Assembly: GCA_963833425.1 (NCBI GenBank)
Contig: CAWHXP010000008.1
Location: 564,578-628,577, forward strand
DNA from: an uncultured Methanosarcinaceae archaeon
Lineage (GTDB): Archaea > Halobacteriota > Methanosarcinia > Methanosarcinales > Methanosarcinaceae
Length of the DNA: 64,000 nt
Direction: 5' to 3'
This document shows, piece by piece, positions 12,049-23,939 of this stretch. The notes under the pieces are model-generated. The model was not told the origin of the DNA, did not search any database, and saw only the letters and a list, made by a program, of their open reading frames with translations. Position 1 is the stretch's first letter; every line of letters starts with the position of its first letter. Both the position numbers and the translations under genes were made by a program.

Positions 12049-12321
12049 AAAAACCTTCGAGAAGCTAACCTTCAAGGAGCTGACCTTATAGAGGCTAATC
12101 TTAAAGGGGCTAATCTTACAGGAACTAACCTTACATTGACTTATTTTATAGGGGCTTATTTTAAGGATGCTAAACTTGAAGGAGCTGACCTTGAAAGAGC
12201 TCAGCATTTGTCACTTTTCCAGTTTGCAAAAGTGAAAACACTTCATGATGCAAAATTAGGCGAAGAGCTCCTCATACAGATAAAAAAGTGTATCCGCTCT
12301 TTTAGAAAAACCTATGGATAG
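12049..12321 (+). pseudogene. pentapeptide-repeat protein, C-terminal fragment
   Basis: [27 protein letters not shown]...[11 protein letters not shown], i.e. A(D/N)Lxx repeats; 5' end missing. Confidence 0.75.
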
Positions 12322-12600
12322 AAAATATTCTCAAAAATCACATAAAGCACTTCTAAAATGCTCATGATGTAATTAGTCTAGCCTTATCCTAAATGTTCAA
12401 TAGAGAGCCTGAGAATTAAGCAATATCTCTAATTTTGTAACTAAAAACAGAGATTTTGACCAGATGATCAAAAAAACTGGCACTGTACTAAAGTTCTGTA
12501 AATTCTAACTGGTCCAAAGCCTCTTTTCCTTAATCAAAAAATAGGGTTATAGTGCTTCATTGCTGCAGAGTTTCTAAAGTAAATGTATAATTACACCGAA

Positions 12601-12740
12601 AACTTGATCATGAAAACATCAATATTAATAGCTGACTACCACTGTTTTTGGAAAGTGACATAACTTTAAACAACATCTTGAAATCAATATTTATTTAGAA
12701 CTATTAAATATATTTCTATAGTCCTGATGGGATTGACAAA
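12601..12740 (+). repeat. copy 1 of a diverged ~140-bp direct repeat (copy 2 at 14589-14730)
   Basis: aacttgatcatg...tattaat...tgttttt..aaagtgacataa...aacaacat...aaatcaatatttatttagaactattaaatatatttctatagt aligns colinearly with copy 2. Confidence 0.8.
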
Positions 12741-12897
12741 ATGTGCAATTAATTGCACTTGCGAATAACTGCAATCAATCAAAAACCCAGAAAATAATAA
12801 AAAATTTTTTGTTTCAAATATTTTTTTGTAGAACCCAATCGGCCTTATAGCTGCCAAACAAACCGTTCAAGTCCAAATGTTAGATTAAAATCCATTG

Positions 12898-13452
12898 TCA
12901 GGCTTCCCGTAAATTATCGAATAAAGTTGCGATTTTTCGTAATTGTAATTTACTGATTTCGTTGTCCTGATTTTCATGATTCTTCGGATTAGAGTTCCCC
13001 GAATTACCGTAATTCATCGGCTTCACGTTGCCCTGATTTCCATAATTCATTGGATTAAAGTCACCAGAGCTTCCGTCATTCATCGGATTAAGGTATCTCA
13101 GAAGTTTTCCATCAAGCATATCCGAGTTGCCCGAATTACCATAATTTATAGGCTTCATGTTGCCCTGATTTCCATAATTCATTGGCTTAGAGTGGTCAGT
13201 TTTTCCATAATTCACCGGATTAAAGTTGCCCGAATTACCGTAATTCATTGGATTAACGTTACCAGGGTTACCGTAATTAAACTGATTAGAGTTGTCCGAG
13301 TTCCAGTCATTAACCGGATTCGAGTTTTTGACCAACTTCCGAGAACTTGCGCTTGCTGAAGCAACTGTTAATGTTATTATGAGAAATACAGCTACCAAAA
13401 TATTAATTGTCTTTTTTATTCTCGAATATTTTTGTTTACTCACTTGTTTCAT
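12898..13452 (-). CDS. secreted protein with tandem 11-aa Asn/Gly/Tyr-rich repeats
   Basis: Basic n-region, hydrophobic h-region and ASA cleavage site; about 10 repeats of consensus (N/K)PMNYGN(S/Q)GNx with a 33-nt period. Confidence 0.75.
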   Translation of the reverse strand: MKQVSKQKYSRIKKTINILVAVFLIITLTVASASASSRKLVKNSNPVNDWNSDNSNQFNYGNPGNVNPMNYGNSGNFNPVNYGKTDHSKPMNYGNQGNMKPINYGNSGNSDMLDGKLLRYLNPMNDGSSGDFNPMNYGNQGNVKPMNYGNSGNSNPKNHENQDNEISKLQLRKIATLFDNLREA

Positions 13453-14588
13453 CCCCAAAATTGTTCTAAATTTGATACTATTTTTTATATTGACTTGTCA
13501 ATTCATAAAATAATATGACTATTTACAAATATACCTGATATTAAATTCTATTATTAGTTAATTAATAGTCTAATTATATAATCTATACAGAATGATTATT
13601 TCTATAATAAACTCCTCCATTAATATTTTCAAATATTAATATAATTTAGCAAATAATCTGAAGTAGTTCAGTTCTTCTCAGAAAAATGCTTCATAGCAGC
13701 ACATATTCTGTTGGAAAAATTAAAATATATAAACCAAACAACACAAGATATAACTTTGGATTGTATGAATAATCTACATCCTCCAGTAAAATCTCTCAAA
13801 TTTAGGTTTTTGTGCAATTTTGGCTAAATCTTTTAGATCAACATCCAAAATATTTTTTGCTAGGTGTTTGAAAAATCCTGTTTCGAAGCACAATTTTATT
13901 AGCTGGGAGAAAAAGTAATTTCAATTAATGTTTTATTTTTTAATAAAATGTTGAAAAATTTGAAATCTATGACTATAAGAAGTGAAATGCATGATATTAT
14001 ACCATGTGAACCCAAAAGTAGCTCTTATTGCGGTGGCTTTGTAAAAGAAATCTGCAAGAAGGCAAAGTAACTTTGGCACAAGCCCTTATTGCTTCCGGCA
14101 AAAGTAGGCATTGAGAAGAGCTTGCAGGAGAGACACGGTAAATCCTTTAAAATGCAGTGCTGAAAGCAGCAATCTTAGTGGGAACATAACCTAATCCCAC
14201 TTACAGTCAAAATTTCTTAGGTCCTAACTTCAAACATAGGAGGATTCAATTTACTTTTTATTTCACTTTACCAATTAACCCCGAAAATCCCAATAACCAA
14301 GTTATAATATATAAAAAAAAGACTTCCATACTTTTATTAAAATTTATCGATTAAAGAAATCTCATAAATGAGAATAAAATTTTTCTGGTTTGAATTTGTG
14401 AAGTTACCATCGGAATTGAATCAATGTGACTCCGATAATAAACGGTTTAATTGCTGTGATATCTTGCAGGGTCAAAGAAAGAATGAAATATTTATTATTT
14501 TACGAGAGAACAATTAATTAATTCCCAAGTAATGGCAAATTATAGATGTAAACAGATAGGTATTTATAGTAGTTTTCATTGAACTAAA

Positions 14589-14730
14589 AACTTGATCATG
14601 GGGACGTCAACTATTAATGTGGAATAACATTGTTTTTAAAAAGTAACATAAGCGTTAACAACATATTGGAAATCAGTATTTACTTGGAACTATCAAATAT
14701 ATTTATATAGTTCAGATGAGACTAATAAAT
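14589..14730 (+). repeat. copy 2 of the diverged ~140-bp direct repeat
   Basis: aacttgatcatg...aaagtaacataa...aacaacat...aaatcagtatttacttggaactatcaaatatatttatatagt. Confidence 0.8.
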
Positions 14731-15245
14731 TCAGAGATTTTATCACAAAAATTATAAATTGTTACAGTAAAATTACAGTGGTTACACCGAACAGTATTTT
14801 ATAGAAACAACTTCCCTACACCGGGTCTCCCTTCTGGGCATCAGATTGTCTAGTTATATGGCAATATGGGTAATAATAAGTAAGCTGATGAGCGTCAATT
14901 TAAACATTCCCGCGCCGATTTAACTGATCGGAATGGGCTTCGTCTTTGCCCAAATTAGCTTGAAGAGCATGATAGAGTTCATTAGAAGTATAGCTAACGA
15001 TTGCTGGCAATAAAAAAAATAATATCAAAATTCCAATTGCAATTAGCTTCTTAAACATGATATTAATCATGGCCCAAAATCACGTAATTATTGAGTTTAT
15101 AGATTGAAGTGCTGAATTTGTAGAAAAAAATGTCGTTCAATCAAATAGTCCTAACTATTAAACGATATTTCCGGTCTTATTACGTTTAGGAATTTCAAAA
15201 AAATGAAAGAGCCCCGATTTCCAGGGTACATAAGGGAAACTATTT

Positions 15246-15521
15246 TTATTCGATTGTTTCTATTTTCTCCTTTTTGACAAAGGGCCTGCTGATTTTTTCT
15301 GGCATCCAGCTAGGCCTATTTTTGGGAGCTTCTACAATGTGCTTCCATGCCTTGAAAACATGTACTTTCTTTGTTCCGCGCTCTCTGAGGCGGATAGTCT
15401 CCGGTTTTGACTTTGTCCCTGCTCCCCGATTTGCAGCTTTCAGGGCAGCTTGTCGAGGCTGTTTTCCAGTGAAAACTCCATGCTCGTTGCCATCTTTATC
15501 TCGTAAAACAAAATTTCTCAT
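15246..15521 (-). CDS. chromosomal protein MC1
   Basis: RNFVLRDKDGNEHGVFTGKQPRQAALKAANRG...IRLRERGTKKVHVFKAW...WMPEKISRPFVKK; GAGGTGA SD. Start is ATG at 15521 or ATA at 15530. Confidence 0.96.
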   Translation of the reverse strand: MRNFVLRDKDGNEHGVFTGKQPRQAALKAANRGAGTKSKPETIRLRERGTKKVHVFKAWKHIVEAPKNRPSWMPEKISRPFVKKEKIETIE

Positions 15522-16323
15522 GTTGGATATCAAGATCACCTCATAAATTATTTGCTGATATTGTTTAAGTTTTCTAATATATATACTTTTTCTGTAAGTG
15601 TTGTCGATAGTAATTGATTTATGAAAATTTTCCATTATATCATAAGGACACCAAAACCAAATTTATCATTTTGTTAACGAAGTATGGGGTCGATATAGTC
15701 TTCAGATGCTGACTTCAGAGCTTCCCCAGCCTTGAATATATTTTTAGTTCCTGCATAAGCTCGTTCTTCTGGAACATTTTTTGAGCAAAATCTCTTGTTT
15801 CTTGATATATCCCTTATGCGTTAGGACTTGTTCATTTGCTACGTTTTTCATTACAGTATTATGATTTTTTTTGTTTTATTTTTTGAGTTGACCAAAAAAT
15901 ATAGCCATACGCTGTAACACATGGAAATCTACTCAAAAAAGTGACTAGGTATTAATAATTTATCGACTAGAATAATTTTAAAAGTTTTTGCTCTAAAAAA
16001 TAAATATCAGCAAGTTTGCATTTTTATAAGAATGTGCATCAAAAAAGTTGAGCGGCAAATTAATGAATAGTATCTAGATCAATTTATGATAAATTCACTT
16101 TCTGACCTCTCTTTTTCGATTTAACTAAGTCATCCAAATCAATTTTCTCGTTGCTCATTTGTGATTCCATAATATACTTTAAAGCAACTTGCTGGTTTAA
16201 TACCTGTTAGTCAACTTAAAAACTAAAGAAATTACGAGAATTGATTAAAAAAGAGATACACCCTTTTATAATAATAAACTGTTATATAAGTATTTATTAA
16301 AATGGTTTCAGGAGGTTCATAAT

Positions 16324-16464
16324 TTGGCGACCAAGAAACAGAAAGCTGCAAAACAAGATCTGAAAGATAAAGTAACAAACGAAAGGATAAAACAACCAAT
16401 TGAGGAAGTTAAGGAATTGGATGATAAAACAAAGGGAAGAGATGATAAAAGAAAAAAGAAATAA
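16324..16464 (+). CDS. small highly charged Lys-rich protein, 46 aa
   Basis: TATA-like TTATATAAG near 16282, GGAGG SD, TTG start; MATKKQKAAKQDLKDKVTNERIKQPIEEVKELDDKTKGRDDKRKKK. Confidence 0.55.
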   Translation: MATKKQKAAKQDLKDKVTNERIKQPIEEVKELDDKTKGRDDKRKKK

Positions 16465-17889
16465 AAAGGTAACTATTCAGCCTGGAGAAAATAAAATCAA
16501 TAACTATCTTTATTAAGATTAAATTAGCGAATTTCGATAAGCTGATTTTATTTCATTGTTAGCCACCAATCATACCACTACTTTTTTCATTAGTTAAAGA
16601 TAAATATATATCTACATCAAGATAAAAATCATTTAACGGATTTTTTGTAGGCTGAATTTTACAATATTTAAGCGACTAAATGCATAATTCTTCGATTTTT
16701 CTCTACACCGAATAAATCCTTCAAATCACTATCCGCGTATAGTGTTAATATTAGGATTTATCGCCTTTCTGATACTAGGTTTTCTCACAAAAATCTATAT
16801 ATCGAAAAATTGTACTTCAGCATAGTGATCACTAATTCTCAAACGCATAGGGATGTCAACTAAATTCAATCTATAACTGTCTCTTTTTATACATGCTACG
16901 ATACAGAATCATTCAGTATTCACAGAACTTTTAGACTTTCATGTAAAATCCTAAATTACATCTTTTAATGGAAGAAATATAATCGCATCGGTATTTTAAA
17001 ATAAAGAATTCATGGAATTTTTTTAATTTTGGAACTCTTTGATCTTTATCCATATAGAGATAGGTTTAGTTATTAAAAAGAAAGTAGAAATGAGCTCAAA
17101 ACCGTGAATGCGTGCAAGACGTCCAGGTTGAACTAAAATCAGTAGTATTAGAACTTCAAAATAAATCACAACGATTCAAATTCCTAAGTATACAAGCAAC
17201 CTGAACCCTAAAGTGAAACTGAAATTTTCTATGGTCTTTTGAAAAAAAATTAATGATAGAATTATGATATTAAGTGCAAATTGTTTAACGGATTCTGAAC
17301 CTACTTTTTCCTTCTTTTTATACATAAATGCCTGATGTATAGTGCATTTATAAATACAACAGGCAGGTGCTTTATCAAGGAATCATAACTTTTAACACAA
17401 AAAAATCACTTATTTGTCCACATTCAGCAATTTCACATCTTTTGGTAGAACTCAACTTTAACGAACTAAAAATTTCATCATCTTCTCCAGCTAAACATTT
17501 AGATAGTCTTTAATATGGCATTCTGAAATAGTGTATAAATAAATGTTTATGGATGTCTAAACCATAAACGTTATTCCACTATTTCGGACAATTTTATTCA
17601 CCAATTTATTATGTAGTGAATGGACTCAAAGTCATTTTTATACCCGTGATTGAAGTAATATTTTAGCCTATAGTTAAAATTTACTGATTATTTTTAGAAT
17701 TTTTTTAAAACAGAATGTAGAACAACTTTTCATTTCAAAGTAATGATGAGATCAATAATCAAAATAAATAAGATAGGAAGTATTTTTATTTTATTTGTGC
17801 TTTTTATTAGAACAATTTCATATCCATACTCAAATTTCTATCAATTTCACCCTTCTTTGCTGATTCTTTAAATGTTTGATCCTGCCCAA

Positions 17890-18594
17890 TTTCTCATTAT
17901 GTTCTTGAAAGCCCTTACAGGTTAAAGTAACATGTTCGAGTGTTTATTTAATCCTCGCGTTCACTCTCTTCTAAAATCATAACCGCTTCAAGCAGCTTCT
18001 GAAAATGGAAAAGTAGGTTTCCTCCGTGAAGCCCTGTAAGCTTAGAGAGATTTGAAAAGGTTTTGCTTCCCCAGGAAAGCGCCTTGGGCTTCAAGTTTCG
18101 CTGCCTGTATCCTATTGGTTTTTATACTTCAGAAACTAGTCTTTTAAGCCCTATTTTACTTTTATCATAGCTCTGATACTTTCATACCGATTGTCATAAA
18201 TTTGAAGGGAACACATGATTTTGAGTTGTTTTTCAAAAAGATTTGTAGCTTCTGAAGACGTCTGCTGCAATTAGTATTTTTGACTCCTTTTTTAACTCCT
18301 CTAGCCTATCCCCTATAAAGCTATAAAGTCTCAGTTTCGATCCTATTCCTGCAAATAAATATCGCGGCCTTTCACAAAATATCCAGACTGGTTTTCTCAT
18401 AGAACTCTCGCGTCCTGCAATCCTCTGCCTTCTAGTGTGCATCTTCTCGCTTGTGTCCTCACTGGGGTAGTTCACCACAGGTTTCGTGAAGTTCTTCTTC
18501 ATCCCCCAAGCATTATGTCGATATGTTGCTGGTTTGTTCTCTGGAAAAACCGCGAGAATCCATTATTTAATGACGCGACCCCTTCCTTATTTAT
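17890..18594 (-). pseudogene. winged-helix (ArsR-like) transcriptional regulator, multiply frameshifted
   Basis: Remnant KTFSNLSKLTGLHGGNLLFHFQKLLEAVMIL matches the GGNLLFHLQKL wHTH motif of Methanosarcina regulators; GGAGG SD followed by ATA. Confidence 0.7.
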
Positions 18595-18728
18595 AGCAGT
18601 TCCTCCAATGATAAATTTCAGCTTATTTGTGCTTTTTCTCAACTCTTATCTGTCTCACCAAGTTTTCAATAACTGGATTGTATGCAATTAAAATTTTGTG
18701 ACTCCGTTGAGATGTTATCTAAATTGAA

Positions 18729-18750
18729 GTTATCAAATTTATTTGATAAC
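18729..18750. promoter_or_regulatory. perfect palindrome GTTATCAAAT-N2-ATTTGATAAC
   Basis: 10-bp arms about 135 bp upstream of the regulator pseudogene; could be an operator or an IS-end relic. Confidence 0.35.
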
Positions 18751-19469
18751 GGAATCTAACGCTTTAATTTCGATCATCATTTTTTAAAATACTAGAATTC
18801 AAAGGATTTATACAGAGATAATAATTTCAATTAGAGGTTTTTAGTCAAAAATACAATGACAGTACGAGCACTTTGATAAATTTGATATTGGACTATATTT
18901 TCTAAAGCACATTAAACAAGTTGTTGAGATCGTAGTTTATCGAAATTATCTATGTCCTAACAGTGGAAATAACACCTCGAAATTTTAAATAGTTCCGAGT
19001 TTCATCAAGTCCGAACCATTTCGACAAATTAGAAGAATATAATAAAAATTATTCAAAGTGAAGAAGTCGTTGATTGTGACAACGAAAAATGATTCTACTT
19101 CTGGTGTCCATATAGCCAGCTTGCTGTCTTATCTTCTTAATTATTATAGTTTCGTAGATATAATAATTTTATCTGATAGAGCATGCTGCAGCTATTAGAG
19201 GTTTTAATGATTGATTTCAGTCGGATACCTACAGCTAGTGCAGGATGGAAACTTTCTCGAAAACAGGTAGCTACTAAATGGACTATTTTCAAAGCTAGTT
19301 TTGCATCATAGAATCGAAATAAGCGATATAAGATCATCGTCTCTGTAAAAATAAGATATTAAATGATTTTTTTGTTGTATGAAGCATCGTAAAAAATTTA
19401 TTTAGACAACGAAATTAATCTTAACTCACTGAAGAAATTTACCGATTTCCATATTGATTACAGATTAAT

Positions 19470-20396
19470 TTAACTCTCATTCCCGTATTGTTCCCGGATT
19501 TCAGACTCTTTGAGAACCCTAATTCCTAGTTTTTTCAAAATTGCAGAAATTCTATTTTTGTCTCCACTCTTCATGGATTTTCGATCAAAATAAGCAAAAT
19601 CAGCATCTGATTTATCAACAGCCTGTAAGATCAGAGGTTCATCCACTAAATTCAGCTGATACTTGGGAAAGTTATGCCCAAAGGAGACGGCGGTTTCAAG
19701 CAAAATTCTTGTTTGGCGCATAGCATAATGTCCGCCTCCAAAACCTAAAGCGACTGGTACTTTTTCAAGAGAAACTGCAAGGATAGCTTTTGCAGCAACC
19801 TCTCCTGCATCCGTGTCTTTCCATTTACTTTCGGTACTTCCGATTTCAGCATATAGAGAAGGAACTGAGAGTTCTGTGGGACCGTGATGTGTTACTTCGA
19901 GGGTAATATCGTAATTCAAGCCTTTTTTTTCCGCTAGATATTTCATTCCCTGAAGTATGGATTTCATTGCAGCCGGAGAGGAAACTGCGAGTTCTTTAGG
20001 TCTGCCCCCGAGTCTTGCCTCATTGGAAAGATTTCCGGTGCAATGCACGGTAAGGGAATTGATTTCCTCCTTACTACTGTGTTTGGATGCAAAAATTATA
20101 AGGGAAGCTGGCAGCTCTGCAGCTTCCAGTTTCGCATCGAGACCATCCTGAAAAACGTGAATTTTTTCAATTTCTACGAGCCTGAATTTTCCATCAGCAG
20201 ATTCCCAGACTGCAGAGAATTCAAATTTATCAGGAATTTCGATATGCACCCACTTACTAAGATTTAAAAGGTGGTTTTTGATATTCTGGCTAGCGAGGTC
20301 CGGGACAGAGCAAATTATCGTTATTTTAGGAATTGGATGTCCGTAGAAGTTTTTTTCCTGATCACTAAGGTCTTCTGGATTGCTGTTATCTATCAT
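19470..20396 (-). CDS. dtdA: D-aminoacyl-tRNA deacylase (archaeal DTD2/DtdA)
   Basis: IFASKHSS, LTVHCTGN, EVTHHGPT, AEIGSTE and GFGGGHYA motifs. Confidence 0.95.
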   Translation of the reverse strand: MIDNSNPEDLSDQEKNFYGHPIPKITIICSVPDLASQNIKNHLLNLSKWVHIEIPDKFEFSAVWESADGKFRLVEIEKIHVFQDGLDAKLEAAELPASLIIFASKHSSKEEINSLTVHCTGNLSNEARLGGRPKELAVSSPAAMKSILQGMKYLAEKKGLNYDITLEVTHHGPTELSVPSLYAEIGSTESKWKDTDAGEVAAKAILAVSLEKVPVALGFGGGHYAMRQTRILLETAVSFGHNFPKYQLNLVDEPLILQAVDKSDADFAYFDRKSMKSGDKNRISAILKKLGIRVLKESEIREQYGNES

Positions 20397-20737
20397 TTTT
20401 GATCAATCCGAGTATTATTACTTCAATGCACCTATAAATTTCGTTAAAATAGATAAAACCAACCCAAAATCGTATCCTTGAGTTCAAAGTTTTGAGGAGT
20501 CAAAGAGGAGATACCCCTGAAAGGCTAAAAGTCAAAGTAAAAGCAAACCAAGAAACAGTTTCAGTCTAAGAAAGCATGAGCCAAAAGAATAAAAGCCTTA
20601 AAATTAAGAAGTACATTACTCAAAATACCTAAAGAAAATATTTTTTTGGCAAACCCCTACTACGCAATTAGCAGGAATCTGTGGTTTTACTGCCCAAAAA
20701 AAGAAAAAAATGATTTTATAGTGCTGAAATATTAATA

Positions 20738-22258
20738 TCAGCCAATATGGATATAAGCATCCACAAGTTTTTTGATTTCTTCGTTCTTGCCGTAAAGCCT
20801 CTCGCTGAGCTGGTAGTCATCAAAGACTTCAAGTCCCTTCACAACGTCGCTGATCATGCCTTCGGTGAAAACATCGTACTGCGTGAAAATGCTTTTCTGT
20901 TTCTTCAGTGCCTGAGCGGACTCGTAACAGGAAGCAGGAAGGTGTTCAAGCTGTGCAAGCCTATCCTTATGTTCATCATTAAAGATATTCACGTCGATAT
21001 AAAGCTTGTCTGCAAGTTCCAGGGCGTTGTTAATCTCAAATCCATGGCGAACACCTACAGCAAAAGCTGCAAACAATAGATAGAGATCAGCTGTGCTGTC
21101 TGAAGCACGGTATTCGAAGGTCGACTTGTAACTGTGGCTCTTTAGATCCTCTTTATAACTCGGATTGGCGATAGTTACCATTTTGCTGGACTCGTCGGAG
21201 AACCAGCCAAGAGGTACACGGATTAGAGCAGAACGATTTCTGTCTCCCCAACAGATGTTGGTAGGAGCTTCCTGGTGTGGAACAAGACGCAAATAGGAAG
21301 TTGGGATCTTGTTTCCAAAAGCAGTTATGGCTGCTGAAATGTCTAGAAGACCGACCATTGCGCGCTTCGCAATGTCACTAACATCTCCGTTCTCGACCAT
21401 TACGCTCTTCCCGTCTTTCAGAAGCTTCATATGGATGTGCAGCCCGCTACCTGCTTTCCCTACAGTGATCTTCGGTGCAAAGCTGACAACGACTCCGTAT
21501 TGATCGGCAAGCATCCGGAGCATCCATTTCGCAATAAGAAGCTTGTCGGCACTGTTTTCTAAAGTATCTGTTTCGAATTCGATTTCATTCTGCTCGTAAT
21601 AGTACTTGTCGTCAGAGAAGTTCCCGACTTCAGAGTGTCCGTACTTGATTTTCCCGCCAGCTTCGGAGATGTACATCATTGCTTCCTTCCTAAGCTGATC
21701 GAATTTAGTGAATGGATTACATTCATGGTATCCCCTCTGGTCAACCGCTGGGAAACTCATGTTGACTTCATCTTTGTTAGCGATGATGTAGTATTCAAGT
21801 TCTCCCATCAACTGAAGTTCATAGCCTGTCTTCTGAGCCAGGGTCTGAGCAGCCTTCTTCATGACTGTTTCAGAAGCGCTTTTTAGGGGGGTACCATCTT
21901 TGTCGAAGTATGAACAGAGAATGTCCAGGGTGGGAATTTCTTCAAAAGGATTTACGAAAGCTGTCCTATACTTAGGGAGGACGTAAAGGTCGCTTGAAGA
22001 CGCCTCAATATATGTAAAAATGCTTGATCCATCTACTCTTTCCCCAGCGGAAAGCAAGTTGTCAAGATGTTCTTCGTCTCTTATAACGAATGCGAGGGAT
22101 TTAAGCCTCCCATCCCCACCAACATAACGAAAAGTCAGCATCTTAATGCCGTTTTCCTTGATAAACTTCATGATGTCTTCTTTGGTGAATTCGCTTGCTG
22201 GTTTGTTGAGGTACTGTACCAGTTTGTTCGGATTCAGTTCTACACTTGATGGTTTCAT
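20738..22258 (-). CDS. glnA: glutamine synthetase, long (506 aa) GlnA2-like type
   Basis: VDGSS, GELEYY, HSEVG, EQNEIEF, AGSGLHIH, RLVPHQEAP and NRSALIRVP motifs. Confidence 0.95.
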   Translation of the reverse strand: MKPSSVELNPNKLVQYLNKPASEFTKEDIMKFIKENGIKMLTFRYVGGDGRLKSLAFVIRDEEHLDNLLSAGERVDGSSIFTYIEASSSDLYVLPKYRTAFVNPFEEIPTLDILCSYFDKDGTPLKSASETVMKKAAQTLAQKTGYELQLMGELEYYIIANKDEVNMSFPAVDQRGYHECNPFTKFDQLRKEAMMYISEAGGKIKYGHSEVGNFSDDKYYYEQNEIEFETDTLENSADKLLIAKWMLRMLADQYGVVVSFAPKITVGKAGSGLHIHMKLLKDGKSVMVENGDVSDIAKRAMVGLLDISAAITAFGNKIPTSYLRLVPHQEAPTNICWGDRNRSALIRVPLGWFSDESSKMVTIANPSYKEDLKSHSYKSTFEYRASDSTADLYLLFAAFAVGVRHGFEINNALELADKLYIDVNIFNDEHKDRLAQLEHLPASCYESAQALKKQKSIFTQYDVFTEGMISDVVKGLEVFDDYQLSERLYGKNEEIKKLVDAYIHIG

Positions 22259-23939
22259 AGTTGTCCCTTCTTTTTAACTGGAATATTATAGGTACTCAGA
22301 GAATTTCCTTTAAATACCGAATATTCCCAGGCTTGCTGATTGCCACATTATCATAATTTTGTGAATTCTTGCCTGATAGGAAAGTGATAACTCACTGCTA
22401 TCTATATAATCTTTTCCTTTTTTTATTCATTTAAACAAATATTGTGAATCAAAAAGCAGCACATGTTTTTTTAGCACATGCTTTTCTGCTCATGGCATCG
22501 GAATATGCAAATAAGCATTTTTTTCAATAAAAAATTTGCTAATTTTTCCCATACGAGGATTTCGACTGAATATATTATTCTCACGAGGCATTTGTCAATA
22601 ATTAAGGCATACAACAAAAATTTAAGCACATAACAAGATGTGAGGCTCATTAAAATTTAAATGGAATTCTTGAGCTATTTGACTTATAGGGTGTTTTTTC
22701 AACTTGAAATCATATTTCCAGCCCTGAATACAACTAAAAATTCCGTCATTAATACAGAGTCTTTCGATGGACTGTATTTAGATACTGGTGAAGTTAAATG
22801 GATAAAGGAATTGCGGCACTCAAACAAGAAAGTGAATATGATCTTTTGAGCATTTCATATATTCTTAAAATAACAGGTGAAGATAAGTTACCATCACCGA
22901 CAATTGGGTCAAACCCGTGGTTTTAAATATCTCAACCATGATAAAAAAGGATTAATCTTTGAAAATAAATTGTGGGAACGTCGTGATTCTGAATTGCTCA
23001 AAAATGGAGCCCTTGAATTAAAGTATTTTTTAAATGTTTGCTATTCTGGCGGATTTTCTCCAAAACTTTAGGAAAGTATAACGTTTTTATTTAACTGAAT
23101 ATCTAGCTCATTGCAAATGGTACATAAAAACAAGCGCTCATTCTACAAAAATCAATATTAAGTCTTGCACAAGCGCGATAATGAAGTAGGGGGAAAAAAA
23201 TCCTTTGATGGAACAAAACTGAAACGAGTAGAAAGTATGTTCAGAATATCCCTAGCTCTTTGGCCATATTTAACTACTCTGTAGAAGCAGCAGTTACTGC
23301 ATCAAAGCTAGATTCCTCCGAAGCAGCAATTCGGGATATTTATCTCTATATCCAAGAAAACCTTATGGTTCCCATTTTTAACTAGGAATAGCAAACCGCT
23401 TTCATATCTCAAATTTCATACATTTAAAAAAAGAACTTTTTTTACAGCTGAAAAGGTAATGGCACAATTGTTTCGAAGAATGAAAAACTCAGATACAGAA
23501 ATCTTGGAACACTTTTACCTAAGTGGGATGTAAGAGTCCATCATCCCAATTTAGATAGGGGTTCCAGTTTGTTAGATTACATCTAGATCACATTCAGAAA
23601 GTTGAAAAATTTATCCTAAAAAATAAAAAAATAGTTATTTTCTCTATTTTACTTTCCAGTTCCCTCGTTCAATCCGTATTATTTCAACAAATTTCTTGGT
23701 TTTTGAATACATACTTGACAGTGCCACAGTCTAGTCATCCAGAAAAAAATATCAATAACTCCAAATGACTGAAAAGAAGAAATCGAAGGACAGTTGCAAT
23801 GCTAACTTAGTTGTCTCGGTTTAAAAAATAAAAAAGGAAATTATTAGGACGCTACTTTTATCCATTCAAATCCTTAACATACAAAAACTGATAAACCTCG
23901 AGAAAATAAGGCATAACAAGGATAATTAGAGATAATTAT

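Noticed and set aside
12976..13359. 33-nt periodic DNA as a CRISPR array, and the + strand ORF 12976-13359
   Set aside because: No unique spacers and no cas genes; the period is the 11-aa repeat on the - strand and the + ORF is its shadow.
22661..23520. Coding-like fragments upstream of glnA, and an NrpR operator
   Set aside because: Fragments are unassignable, and I saw no clear GGAA-N6-TTCC site near the glnA start.
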